Assembly (NCBI RefSeq): GCF_002105155.1
Contig: NW_019028989.1
Location: 496,001-560,000, forward strand
Length of the DNA stretch: 64,000 nt
Reading direction: 5' to 3'
From: Lobosporangium transversale
Taxonomy: Eukaryota
How positions within the stretch are numbered: position 1 is the first letter of the stretch; each line of letters begins with the position of its first letter. Shown piece after piece: positions 63,242 to 64,000 of the stretch. Under the pieces are notes generated by a model. The model searched no databases. It saw only the letters and a list, made by a program, of their open reading frames with translations, and was not told the origin of the DNA. The position numbers were made by a program, and so were the translations under genes.

Positions 63242-64000
63242 ATGCAGTCTACTGTCTCAACAGGATCTCATGATCCCTCTGAAAACCCTTGGTCAGAGTA
63301 CATCAAGGAAACCCTGCTACCTTCCATTACCACAGCCTCGGTGAATGAGCGTACTCAACTGCTTCACCTGTTGCTCGTTCGCATCAAACGCAAAGGTAAT
63401 GACCCTTGCCTATCTCATTTGAAGGATCAATATGCTGCTTTTGTTGTGAAAGACGCAATAGCCGATGAATCTTGAGCTCAATGATAAAAGGAAGCTTACT
63501 CAACAGCCCTTGCCTTCTTGCCAAACTCTTGATTTAATGTTAGATTTACCAATCGAGCTGTTACCTGCACTGGTCCACATCCTCTTCATTTCATACCCAC
63601 GCTATCATGATAGACATTCGCGACTGACTGTCCTCGACATCCTGATTGAACTTAACAACTGGAATTCGGATGAATTCCTGAAGGTCATTGTCCCTGCAGT
63701 GCAAAGGGAGGCTGAGAGACTCTCGGCCAAGAGCATGGACGGGTAAGGATCAATAGTAATAAGTTACCAGCATGAATCAAGAGGAGTCGCGCTTATAAAA
63801 ATTCGTCACCAAATATGACTGACATCTTTGGCTGTTTGTAGTGTCTACATCACTGCAGCCGTTCACCGATTTGTGATCTTAAATTGGATCAATGTGCTGC
63901 TTAATTGCGTATTGGCGACGACGTCGGCAGGATCGTCGTCCTATTTCAAGCCATTGATTAGCTCGCAGGCTGTGCTTATTGACGGGCTTGTAGATTCTGA
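63242..64000 (+). CDS. GCN1: GCN1 translational activator, HEAT repeats (5' exons only; continues past the window)
   Basis: ITTASVNER and LFISYPRYHDRHSRLTV resemble the GCN1 N-terminus; GT-AG introns. Only a short part is visible. Confidence 0.7.

Noticed and set aside
1..64000. CRISPR arrays, rRNA, operons, U12 or GC-AG introns
   Set aside because: Eukaryotic sequence with no repeat-spacer array or rRNA signature; the introns I traced were GT-AG.

Overview
Intron-rich eukaryotic DNA with many poly-A/poly-T tracts, from an early-diverging fungus (Mortierellaceae-like; inferred from gene content and style, not proven). Both ends carry conserved housekeeping genes. Left: partial NUP170/NUP155, a hypothetical gene, ERO1. 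Right: RPS8, HIU hydrolase, ethanolamine kinase, AIG1-type GTPase, cofilin, C2H2 transcription factor, ANKRD40-like, NBAS/SEC39, partial GCN1. Between them (about 12.7-35.1 kb) lies an accessory block rich in local duplicates: two secreted beta-lactamase-family hydrolases plus a pseudogene, a coiled-coil gene, two intronless DUF6463-like genes (one with two in-frame stops), two epoxide-hydrolase-like genes, and a secreted GPI-type polysaccharide deacetylase homologue. The best leads are (1) that deacetylase homologue, which has lost its catalytic motifs and carries two His-rich repeats ending in KR plus a long charged repeat spacer; (2) a candidate structure-gated poison exon in RPS8 intron 2; (3) the DUF6463-like copy whose two stops are each one A>G change from Trp. 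No tRNA, rRNA, CRISPR or recognisable transposon was found. Gene models were spliced by eye and family calls come from motif recognition only.
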